The notes beneath the pieces were generated by a model, which was given only the letters and a program-made list of their open reading frames with translations, was not told the DNA's origin and made no database searches. From Ostreococcus lucimarinus (Eukaryota), in NCBI GenBank assembly GCA_000092065.1, contig CP000589.1: 64,000 bases of DNA; one strand, written 5' to 3'. This document shows, piece after piece, positions 8,820 through 17,493 of the stretch; position 1 is the stretch's first letter, and every line of letters starts with the position of its first letter. The position numbers were made by a program, and so were the translations under genes.

Positions 8820-11411
8820 TCAACGCAAAGCCGAGGCGAGAAGCACCCACGGGAGCTGACACGCGACGCAAGTAGCCATCACCACACATCCGCGCACTCG
8901 CGCATTTCGCAGAGCCCGTCTTACGCGAACCACAGAGTCGTCTGCGACGCAGGCTTCGTCTCTATCTCGATCGTACCACGCGATGACGGCGATATCATCT
9001 ATGTTTTGTGTCAACGCAACGACGCGACCGAGGGCGTCCACAAATGGCTCGCGCGCAAAGTTCATAGACGCGTACGATAGGACGAGAAGCAACGCGCGCT
9101 GAATCCAATCGTGCGCGTAACGCTCGACAGCACACGTGGTTTCGATCGCGTGCGCGCGAAGGAGGTCGTCGATGGGACCGACGCACGAGGTCGCCGCTGA
9201 ACACGTCGGCGGCTGGCATTCGGACGCGGCGCCGCCGTCGTCGAGTTTGAACGATTCAAGTGCGCACGACTGCGCCGCGCGCGCGTGCGTTTGAAAGATC
9301 TCGCTCTCATCGCCGTGAATCACATCCACGCACGCATCGATGGCGAGTAATGTTTCACGTGAAGCGTCCAGCGTGGTTTCTAGGCGATGTCGCTCGACGT
9401 CGGCTACGTTGAATCGCTCTGCCGTCGCCACGCGCCGCGCGTCGCACGTTTTCGTGAAGTTGTACGCCAAGTACGAGTCGAACGCCAACGCTCGTGTGCG
9501 CGGTGCGGTATTGACGTAAGAGTGCGCGAATACGAAGGCGTAATCGGCCGCCAAAGTACCGTTTCTACTTTCCACGCATCCCTTCACATACGAGCGATGG
9601 GTTTGGCGATACACGTGCAGCGAAGCGACGGTGATGGCGATGAAGATGGTGAAGCGCACGAAGGCGACCATGGCCGGATCGGCAACGAATCTTGCAAACT
9701 GCTCAAGAGAACTTATTTTGCGCTCGCCGGCGTCGCGGTCGCCATCGATCAAGTTGAGCGGCTCGAGCTCGAGCGCGCCGTAAGATAAATGTTTGGACAC
9801 CACGGAGACACATCGAATGACGCGGTACGTCAGATCAATGTTTACCAAACCAGCGAATGCAAACTCGGCGATTGAGAAAAACCCGTGAATGTGTACACCA
9901 CGAAACGTGATGTTGAAGAAATCGAAATCATCTGCGTCGGGCGCAACGTCAGGTGAAGAGAAATTTGTCGTCGTCAAGTACATCACGGCGGCCGCGCTTT
10001 GGTTCAAACCAAAACGCACAAAGTCAGACGTCTGCGCCGATGAAGCGTTCGTTGATTCTACGAACAAGTCAGATCGTTCTCGAATCGCTTGGAGGGTTTC
10101 TTCACCGAATTGCGTCGAGTTGTCTGTTGTAGAGCCATCCGAGCTCTCAAACGGCGGCGGGTCATAATCACTCAAGAGCGAAGGAATGCCCAGATCGACA
10201 CCGATGTCCACAGAAGTGGCTTCAGTGAGAGCATTATTTATTGTTGAACCCGCAATCGTCGCTGAAGCAGACATTAGTGTCGTGAAGTCGTCTGAGAGCC
10301 CGTCAAACCCGCCTATTGGTAAATCCGGCGACAGCCATTGAAAATCTGGCACCGAGACGACGGGCGCGTTTGGAAGTGATATCAGGGGCGTATTCGGGAG
10401 GTTCAAGCCGTGCGAGTCTTCAAGCGACTGAATCACCGGTCTCACATTCGTTTCAAAATCATCAAACCACGTGAGAACGTTTTCAAACGTTGCATCAACG
10501 TTTATGGCGTACGCTGCCATTTCGTCTGCGATTTCGCCTACTTCGGACATCATGAGCGCCAGTGAGGCGTTGACGACGTTCGTGCGCATCGTGTCTACAG
10601 CTGTACTCACACCGTACGAAAACGCATTTAATCCAGTCCCCACGCTCGAGTTGAAGTCTTGAATCGCCTCGATCGATCTATCATGGATGGCCGCGTATCC
10701 CGATTCGGCGAATCGCTTCACATCGAGCGATACGTTTTGCAAGCGTTCTGACTTATTGTCCATGTACTCGAGGTCATACTTTGAACGGGCGTCAATATTC
10801 GTCAACAGAAGTGCGACTGAACGCTCAATATCACTCGTGTACGATTCGCTGGATGAATGATACCTCGCCATCGTCTCTCGGGCACCGCTTTCGTTCATCG
10901 CGAGCAACACCGAGCGCTTAGGAGCGGTGGTCGCGCTCGCATTCAAGCATCTCTCATTCCAGAATGTCGATGAATTCGCAACGTACGCCGGCTTGAGCTT
11001 AGCCGAGAGATTGCTCAAAGCGCGTTCGCACCGTCGAATCTTACGTCGTAGCGCGCGAAGCTTTGCGTCGTTTGCGCCGCCGACGACTTCAGCCGCCGAG
11101 CGTCGCGTCTCCGCGTCTTCGCGAGCGCGACGCGCGCATCCGTCGCGAACACGGTGCACACACGCATCATACCACGCACGCTCACGCGTCACCTCTTCTT
11201 GCGCTCCGCGCCACCGCACCGCCGCCTCTTCGAATGTCACCTTTGTATTCCCTCGAGCAAAGTCCGCGACGCGTTTCGCCGACTCGAGCGAGGCGGCCCA
11301 AATCGTCGCCGCCGACGTCGCCGCCATGACCACTCGACGCACGCGCTCCGCGCGCACCCGCTCGCGCCGTCGCATCTCTCGCTTCCACACGACATCTTCC
11401 GCGCGCCGCAT
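8820..11411 (-). CDS. Large hypothetical membrane protein (863 aa), one internal TM helix plus a hydrophobic C-terminus, many N-x-S/T sequons, Cys-rich C-terminal region
   Basis: Complete ATG-to-stop ORF. The composition is balanced, rich in S/T/D/N/F/Y and unlike the Arg/Ala-rich spurious ORFs. A TM segment MVAFVRFTIFIAITVASLHVY lies about 570 residues in. The C-terminal 270 residues hold about 15 Cys. I recognise no family. Confidence 0.5.
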   Translation of the reverse strand: MRRAEDVVWKREMRRRERVRAERVRRVVMAATSAATIWAASLESAKRVADFARGNTKVTFEEAAVRWRGAQEEVTRERAWYDACVHRVRDGCARRAREDAETRRSAAEVVGGANDAKLRALRRKIRRCERALSNLSAKLKPAYVANSSTFWNERCLNASATTAPKRSVLLAMNESGARETMARYHSSSESYTSDIERSVALLLTNIDARSKYDLEYMDNKSERLQNVSLDVKRFAESGYAAIHDRSIEAIQDFNSSVGTGLNAFSYGVSTAVDTMRTNVVNASLALMMSEVGEIADEMAAYAINVDATFENVLTWFDDFETNVRPVIQSLEDSHGLNLPNTPLISLPNAPVVSVPDFQWLSPDLPIGGFDGLSDDFTTLMSASATIAGSTINNALTEATSVDIGVDLGIPSLLSDYDPPPFESSDGSTTDNSTQFGEETLQAIRERSDLFVESTNASSAQTSDFVRFGLNQSAAAVMYLTTTNFSSPDVAPDADDFDFFNITFRGVHIHGFFSIAEFAFAGLVNIDLTYRVIRCVSVVSKHLSYGALELEPLNLIDGDRDAGERKISSLEQFARFVADPAMVAFVRFTIFIAITVASLHVYRQTHRSYVKGCVESRNGTLAADYAFVFAHSYVNTAPRTRALAFDSYLAYNFTKTCDARRVATAERFNVADVERHRLETTLDASRETLLAIDACVDVIHGDESEIFQTHARAAQSCALESFKLDDGGAASECQPPTCSAATSCVGPIDDLLRAHAIETTCAVERYAHDWIQRALLLVLSYASMNFAREPFVDALGRVVALTQNIDDIAVIAWYDRDRDEACVADDSVVRVRRALRNARVRGCVVMATCVACQLPWVLLASALR

Positions 11412-11490
11412 TCATCTCGCGCGCCGCATTCTATTTTCGTCCTCGTCCGCGGCGTCGCCCGCCCGTCGTCGGTTGTTAAGTCATGTTCAA

Positions 11491-12000
11491 ATGCCACCCA
11501 TTGTCAGAAGCCGAAGCGGCATCGCGGGCCCCTGGACGCGCGCGCGACTCGCGATGCCCGACGAACGCGCGACGGAGACGCAAAAACACCCCCGCATCGG
11601 CGTCGGCGTCATCATCCGTCGCGAAGACGGCCGCATCGTCGTCGGTCGTCGTCGCGGCTCGCACGGTTTGGGACAGCTCGCGCTGCCCGGTGGCGCTTTA
11701 GAGTGGAAAGAATCCATCGCGCAGTGCGCGAGTCGAGAGACGATGGAGGAGACGGGTCTGGACATCGCGCCCGAGGCGTGGATCGCGCCGTTCGCGATGT
11801 GCGAGTCCGTGATAGACGAGAACAATCATTGGTTGACGGTGTTCGCGCTCGCCGACGTCGCCGCGGACTGCGAGCCCGCGAACGTCGAACCGCACAAGTG
11901 CGAGGGGTGGACGTTCATGTCCATCGGCGACGTGCGCGAGGCGGATAATTTGTTTTTACCGCTTCGGAAGCTCGTGAACGATCGCACGGTGGCGCTCTAG
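11491..12000 (+). CDS. NUDIX hydrolase
   Basis: Canonical Nudix box GGALEWKESIAQCASRETMEETGL (Gx5Ex7REUxEExGU). The upstream part of the track ORF (10927..11490) is antisense to the neighbouring gene and is not coding. First ATG in frame at 11491. Confidence 0.75.
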   Translation: MPPIVRSRSGIAGPWTRARLAMPDERATETQKHPRIGVGVIIRREDGRIVVGRRRGSHGLGQLALPGGALEWKESIAQCASRETMEETGLDIAPEAWIAPFAMCESVIDENNHWLTVFALADVAADCEPANVEPHKCEGWTFMSIGDVREADNLFLPLRKLVNDRTVAL

Positions 12001-12204
12001 TCGTTCGACGGGACGCGGCGAGAGCGAGCGGGACGCCGCGCCGCGGCGACCGCAGAGTGAGACGCGCGCGGCGCGAGAGTCGTCACCACCGCGCGCGCTC
12101 TAGCGCTCGCGCGCACGGTCGCGCGGACCACGATCGTCGAGTGAGCGACGCGCGCGCGGCGAACGAGCCGAGGAGCGAGACGCGTTTGGCGACTTTCATT
12201 CGCC

Positions 12205-12906
12205 ATGCCGCCAAAGAAGGTGCTCGGAGAAAAGCGCCTGACCGCGGAGGAGAAGAAGCGCAAGGAAGAAAAGGAGAAGCGCGAGAAGGATAAAGAGCGG
12301 AAGGAGCGAAAGGCGCAGCTCGCGGCGGACAGAACGTTCGGTTTGAAGAATAAAAACGTCTCCGCGAAAGTCGCGGCCAAGGTTGATGATTTGAAACGGG
12401 ACGCGCCGACCAAGGAGGCGGAACGCGCGCGCGCCGAGGCGCGCGCGCGCGAAAAGAAGAAACAGAAGGACGCGGAAGAAGCCGCGAAGCGAGAGTTGGA
12501 AATTCTGATGGGGGTACGATCGGCGATACCGGAGCGGAGGAAAGTCGCGGCGGAGGGCGAGGACGCGTTGGCGGGCGAGCTCGAAAGTATGGTCGTCACC
12601 GCGGAGCCGAAAAACTTCGTGCGGAAGACTGTCGAGACGCAAAACGAAGCGACAGAGCCGACGAAGGAGCTCACGGAGGAGGAGCGTCGGGAAATCATAG
12701 CTAAAATTGAGTTGGAAAAGGCGCGCGTGAAGGAGGCGGAGCTCAAGGCGAAGGTGGACGTGAATCCATTCCACGTCGACGACGAGGGCTGGTACGATTC
12801 CGATGAAGATCCGTTCGAGTTGTTGAAGATGGTTGCGGGTAATAAGCGCGCGATCATCATGCCTAAAGGTTACGAAGATCCGGACGAGGACGCCATGGAA
12901 ACTTGA
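12205..12906 (+). CDS. Lys/Glu-rich protein with DFRP1/ZC3H15-like N-terminus (MPPKK...TFGLKNKN) but no CCCH zinc fingers
   Basis: ATG verified at 12205. N-terminal MPPKKV..RTFGLKNKN matches the conserved start of DRG-family regulatory protein 1 (ZC3H15/Tma46). The rest is a charged helical segment with an acidic C-terminus and no cysteines. The antisense ORFs here (11997..12860, 12196..12774) are S/F/L-rich artefacts of the purine-rich coding strand. Confidence 0.45.
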   Translation: MPPKKVLGEKRLTAEEKKRKEEKEKREKDKERKERKAQLAADRTFGLKNKNVSAKVAAKVDDLKRDAPTKEAERARAEARAREKKKQKDAEEAAKRELEILMGVRSAIPERRKVAAEGEDALAGELESMVVTAEPKNFVRKTVETQNEATEPTKELTEEERREIIAKIELEKARVKEAELKAKVDVNPFHVDDEGWYDSDEDPFELLKMVAGNKRAIIMPKGYEDPDEDAMET

Positions 12907-12950
12907 GCTTCCCGGTACCAGTACACTAAACGAATTGAAACACTACAATA

Positions 12951-13757
12951 CTAATACCTAACCGCCTTACTCTGCGTCTCTCGCTCCTCGCGAAATAGTA
13001 AAGCGAGCCTACCAACACCGTACCCATCGACACCGTTCGCTCCGACGAGCGCGCGTGCCCATTCGTCGTGCCCCACTACAGGTTCGCCCGCGAAGCCGTC
13101 GACGCTGTGAAACACACGGTCGCCGCGAAAAATGACCGCATCACCGTCGTTCACGACGATTTCGACGCCTAAATCCTGCCCCTCTACCGGTCGGCTTTGC
13201 GCGTAGGCATCGTACATCGACCCGCGAGCGGGCGGTTTACCTATAGTCATCCGCGTCGGCCGACCGCCCAGCGAAATCGAGACGACCCAACCGACTCCTC
13301 TGTCGAGGTGCGGCGCCATCGTCTCTCGCCGTTTCCCATCTCCCGAAGCCGCCTCGCCGTACACCAGCGCCCAAAAGTGACTCGCCTCGAACGGGTCGTC
13401 GTTCGCGAACGCTCGCCGTAGCGCCCCGTCGTCGTCGTCTTTCGTCTTCGCCGTCGCGACGACGCGCGCGCTCAGCTCAAACAAGTCAATCGGCGCTTCG
13501 CTCAGCGCGCCGACGTCGCCACCGCACGCGCCGGTGCATCGCTTCAATCCGCACGCGCGCACGCACGCCATCGCGCGCTCGCGCTGCCCTCGCGCGTGCG
13601 AGGCGACGATTGTCGGGTGGTCGTTCGCCGCCGCGCGCGCCCAGGCCTCGCGCGAGGCGTACCGCGCGACGGATTCCGTCGCCCGCGCGCGCTCGCGCGC
13701 GTCGAGCGCGTCGCGCAGGACGTAACACTCGAACGGCAATCGCTCGAGGCGCGCCAT
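12951..13757 (-). CDS. AlkB-like 2-oxoglutarate/Fe(II)-dependent dioxygenase
   Basis: HLD (HxD) is followed by SISLGGRPTRMTIG and a second His in GDAVIFRGDRVFHSV. This mirrors the AlkB HxD...SLG...GDxxxxxGxxRxxxHxV core. ATG verified at 13757. Confidence 0.5.
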   Translation of the reverse strand: MARLERLPFECYVLRDALDARERARATESVARYASREAWARAAANDHPTIVASHARGQRERAMACVRACGLKRCTGACGGDVGALSEAPIDLFELSARVVATAKTKDDDDGALRRAFANDDPFEASHFWALVYGEAASGDGKRRETMAPHLDRGVGWVVSISLGGRPTRMTIGKPPARGSMYDAYAQSRPVEGQDLGVEIVVNDGDAVIFRGDRVFHSVDGFAGEPVVGHDEWARALVGANGVDGYGVGRLALLFREERETQSKAVRY

Positions 13758-13843
13758 GACGCGCGCGCGCGCGCGCGCCGCGAGGTGACGCTTCGGGACA
13801 CTTTATCCAACTCGCGTCCTGGACAGCAGACACGCGCGCGCGC

Positions 13844-14887
13844 ATGCGCGACGGCGCCGTCGTCGACAGCACGGGCGTGGACGCGGTGCTCGATACCATG
13901 GGCGCGATCCGCCAGCGGTTCTCGCGCGCGCATCGCGCGCAGTGCGCGCGCGCGGTGATTCTGTCGCTGCTCTGGGCCTGCGCGAGCTCGAGCTTGATCT
14001 TCCTGAACAATCATCTCCTGCGCGAGCGCGGGTTTTCGTACCCGATGATGCTGTGCACGATGGGCATGTTGAGCTCTTGGTTGATCGCGTGCGCGCTGGT
14101 GCACACGGGGCGGGTGAAGTTGAAGCACGAGGCGGTGGTGACGCGAAGGTGGTACGCGAGGCACATCTTACCCATCGGGAGCTTGGGCGCGGTTTCACTC
14201 GGGTTTGGGAATTACGTGTACTTGTATCTCAGCGTTAGTTTCATACAAATGCTGAAGAGCGCGGTGCCGGCGGTGACGCTGGTGGTGATGACGACGGCGG
14301 GGCTGGAAAAGTTGCACGGGACGACGCTGCTGGGCGTCGGCATCGTGACGCTCGGCACTTTCATAGCGGCGTACGGGGAGGTGAAGTTCAGCGCGATTGG
14401 AGTGGTGATGATGATAGTAAGTGAATTCGCGGAGGCGATAAGGATGGCGTTTTATCAGTACGTTCTCGGGAATTTGAAGTTTGATTTGATCGAAGGCTTG
14501 TATGTGATGGGACCGGCGGCGTTGCTGTTTCTCGGACTCGGAATCGTGATGTTTGAGCTGAGAGACTTTTTGGATAACGGAGCGTGGTACATCCCGATGG
14601 ACTCGCCGCACCATTTTTTCGCCGCGGCGCTACTGGGCTTTGGAGTGAATTATTTGACACTTGGCGTTATCAAGGCCACAAGCGGGTTGACGTTCAAAGT
14701 CATGGGCCAGGTCAAGAACGCCGTGGTCATCCTGCTCGCTGTCGTCATCTTCGGCAATCCCGTGACCAGTATTCAACTGTTTGGTTACACGTTGTCGTTA
14801 GTTGGGTTTTTCATCTATCAGCGCGGGAAGTCTCAACAGCTCGTCGCCGCAATTCGAGACCGAGACGCCGCTTCTGCCAAGGAATGA
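13844..14887 (+). CDS. Triose-phosphate/nucleotide-sugar transporter family (TPT/NST, DMT superfamily) membrane protein
   Basis: Eight to ten TM helices. The C-terminal KVMGQVKNAVVILLAVVIFGNPVT motif with conserved Lys is typical of TPT/NST-KT transporters. ATG verified at 13844. Confidence 0.75.
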   Translation: MRDGAVVDSTGVDAVLDTMGAIRQRFSRAHRAQCARAVILSLLWACASSSLIFLNNHLLRERGFSYPMMLCTMGMLSSWLIACALVHTGRVKLKHEAVVTRRWYARHILPIGSLGAVSLGFGNYVYLYLSVSFIQMLKSAVPAVTLVVMTTAGLEKLHGTTLLGVGIVTLGTFIAAYGEVKFSAIGVVMMIVSEFAEAIRMAFYQYVLGNLKFDLIEGLYVMGPAALLFLGLGIVMFELRDFLDNGAWYIPMDSPHHFFAAALLGFGVNYLTLGVIKATSGLTFKVMGQVKNAVVILLAVVIFGNPVTSIQLFGYTLSLVGFFIYQRGKSQQLVAAIRDRDAASAKE

Positions 14888-15010
14888 CAAAGTTCGAGCG
14901 CGTTGTTGAACACATAGTTGCCAGTTTCATAGTCCGTACCGTTTGTATGACAATGTTGAGCTTTCTTCTAAATCTAAAATTACCAGAACGCGCGCATGCA
15001 TGATGGACGT

Positions 15011-16156
15011 TTACTTTCGCACCGTCCCCTTGTCGGCGTGCGAACTGCGATCGTTTTGCTGCTGCTCTTGGCCCGGCATCGGCACACCCGCCGACTCGTA
15101 TTGTGCTTGTTGTTGCGCCAACAAACGCTCGTAATCTTGGGCTTCCATCACGTTCAAGCCCTTGGTGATGACCTTGTCGATTAAACCGTACTCGATCGCT
15201 TGGTTCGGGGTGAAGTAACGCGTACGGTCGAGGTCCTTGCGCACTACGTCAATGTCCTTTCCAGAGAACTCGGACATGAAACCCATATAAGTGTCTTCGT
15301 ACAGCGCGCACTCGTTGGCACGGATTTGAACGTTTTGCGTCGAGTCGAACGTGCGGTTCAACTTGGGCGGCTGCGTGGAAATTTGCACGTGCGGCAGCGC
15401 GTGTCTGCATCCTTTATCGCCCGCCGCCAAAATCAACGACGCGTTCCCGTGGCACTTCCCGACAGCCACGGTGTGAATTTTCGGTCGAATGTAACGCATG
15501 GTGTCCAAAATAGCGTACGCCTCGTTGTCCATCCCCACAACTTCGCCCTTCTCGTTCAGCGACCCCCCAGAGTTGATGTACACATAGCACGGCTTTTCCG
15601 CCTGCTCGTATCCAAGATACAACAACTCCGCCACGACTAACTCCGTCACCGCGGGCACGAGCGACATACCGATGTAACAAATGCGCGCGTTCAACAACAG
15701 CGACGGAAGATCCGGCGGTGCGACCGCACCCGCCGGCGCCATACCCCCGTGCGTCATCGTCGCCCCGCTCATCACCGTTCTGTACCTCGTCGGCTCATTA
15801 TTGTCGCTCGGCATCTCCTTCGCGTACGCCGCACGCGCGCCTAAATCAAGCGCCTTCACGCTGAATCGTTCTCTCGCCTCGCTTCCCGCCAACCCGAGCG
15901 CTTCGATTTGATTCTTAGTCAGCCCGCGCCCGGCGCCCTTCACGTCTGGAAACCTTTCCTCCAAAATCAAGTCCCGCTCCGTGCCCACGACGTCGAAAAA
16001 GTCCTCGTGTCCAAAGTTCATACTCTTCGTCACATTTACCGCGCCTCGATTCGCGCGCGCGGGCGTCACCGCGCGCGTCGCGAGCGCATTCTTCGCGATG
16101 TGGCCTCTTAGGGTTACTCGCTGCGTCGTCGTCGACGTCGCGCGCGCGCCGAGCAT
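15011..16156 (-). CDS. clpR: ClpP-family protein lacking the catalytic serine (ClpR-type, plastid Clp protease core subunit) with N-terminal transit-peptide-like extension
   Basis: Overall ClpP fold is conserved (YINSGGS..AYAILDTMRYIRPKIHTVAVG...LILAAGDKGCR). In the nucleophile motif GQAASMGA the Ser position is Gly (GKCHGNAS). ATG verified at 16156. Confidence 0.75.
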   Translation of the reverse strand: MLGARATSTTTQRVTLRGHIAKNALATRAVTPARANRGAVNVTKSMNFGHEDFFDVVGTERDLILEERFPDVKGAGRGLTKNQIEALGLAGSEARERFSVKALDLGARAAYAKEMPSDNNEPTRYRTVMSGATMTHGGMAPAGAVAPPDLPSLLLNARICYIGMSLVPAVTELVVAELLYLGYEQAEKPCYVYINSGGSLNEKGEVVGMDNEAYAILDTMRYIRPKIHTVAVGKCHGNASLILAAGDKGCRHALPHVQISTQPPKLNRTFDSTQNVQIRANECALYEDTYMGFMSEFSGKDIDVVRKDLDRTRYFTPNQAIEYGLIDKVITKGLNVMEAQDYERLLAQQQAQYESAGVPMPGQEQQQNDRSSHADKGTVRK

Positions 16157-16418
16157 CGTTGGACTCGTTCGCGCCTTCGTTCGGCGTGTTTAAAGTCTTT
16201 CGATCGATCGAGCGCGTTTACGACGAGGCGTGAACGTCGCGCGTACGAATGTGAGGACGATGTCGCGATGCGCGCTGAAGCTTCGGGCTGGGCGCGCGCG
16301 CGCTTCGTTGCGAAACAGCGCGGCCGAGCGCTCGATCTGTACAGGAAAAGTCCAATATTCCAATATTATTGCGAAGAAACAATACGAAGACTAGTGAAAC
16401 GACCACACTACGCGACTA

Positions 16419-17315
16419 TCAATCGATCTTACGGCTTCGAGTGCGCCTGGTTGCCGGTTTGGCGGCGGAGACGCGCGTCGAGGATTTGCCCGACGGTTTG
16501 GCGGCGTACGCCTTGAGGTAGAAGTTACCGAATAACACGAGCATGTTCGCCATGACGAACATTTGCGCCCATGGTAATGAGACTGGGCAGTGCTTTTCTC
16601 GTAAGACGAACACGGCGTGGACGAAAACGATGACAAATTGTAACATTTGCGCCTGCGTGATGTAACGCTTCCAGGGGCATCGCACGCCGAGCGCCGCCAT
16701 TAAATAGTACGAGTACATCACGATGTGAATGAACGAGTTACACGCCGCACCAAAGTACGCGTCGACGCAATCGTTCGTCGCCATCAGATGACACACGAAC
16801 CACCATGCCCAAATCAACAGTGCGTGATGATACACGTGCAAAAAGCTCAGTTGATTCGTCTTCTTGCGGGCAATCATAAACGCCGTGTCCAGCAATTCCA
16901 AATACTTGTTGTTGTAATGAAACCACACCCCGAGCAAGATGTTAAACGACCGTTTATCGCTCCACGGCATCTTCGACCCCCACGTCGGTTGTTTCAGCGT
17001 CACGATCTCCCGAATAAACATCCCGAGCACGCACACGTTGAACGCCGTCTGATACGCGTTGTACGCCAGCATGAGCCCTTTCGGATCGAACGCCTCTCGC
17101 TTCGCCATCACGCGCGGCCCGACGAGGCAAAACATCAAGTACGCCGTCGTCGCGCACGCCGGGAGCGCGAACGAGAGATCACCGATCCATCGCTGCGCGT
17201 CGACGTTCGCCAAACCTCCGGGCGTGCGCGCGTGCGACCATTCGAACGCGTACGCGTACGTCGCGTAGCCGTACACCGCGAAAGCACACAGCGAAACGAG
17301 CGGAAACTGCGCCAT
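16419..17315 (-). CDS. ELO: ELO-family fatty acid elongase (3-ketoacyl-CoA synthase, ELOVL-like)
   Basis: Histidine box LHVYHHALLIWAWW (HxxHH), multiple TM helices and the KxxExxDT-like region are present. ATG verified at 17315. Confidence 0.9.
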   Translation of the reverse strand: MAQFPLVSLCAFAVYGYATYAYAFEWSHARTPGGLANVDAQRWIGDLSFALPACATTAYLMFCLVGPRVMAKREAFDPKGLMLAYNAYQTAFNVCVLGMFIREIVTLKQPTWGSKMPWSDKRSFNILLGVWFHYNNKYLELLDTAFMIARKKTNQLSFLHVYHHALLIWAWWFVCHLMATNDCVDAYFGAACNSFIHIVMYSYYLMAALGVRCPWKRYITQAQMLQFVIVFVHAVFVLREKHCPVSLPWAQMFVMANMLVLFGNFYLKAYAAKPSGKSSTRVSAAKPATRRTRSRKID

Positions 17316-17493
17316 GTCTCCGCGTGCGCGCGCGCGAGCGACGAGCGACGGGCGACGCGCGCGTCAGTGGCGACGATGTCGCGGTGGCGAACGGATAGCG
17401 CACGCTCGGCGACATTTCGCGGCGCTCGACGCACGACGCGCGCGAGAGAGACGGAGCGACGCGCGCGAGACGGCGGCGAACGTAACGTTTGAC

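Noticed and set aside
8820-11411. Possibility that the large membrane protein is HAP2/GCS1
   Set aside because: A HAP2 ectodomain is Cys-rich with a characteristic disulfide pattern. Here the about 570-aa N-terminal domain has almost no Cys and the cysteines are C-terminal to the TM. No HAP2 motif was recognised.
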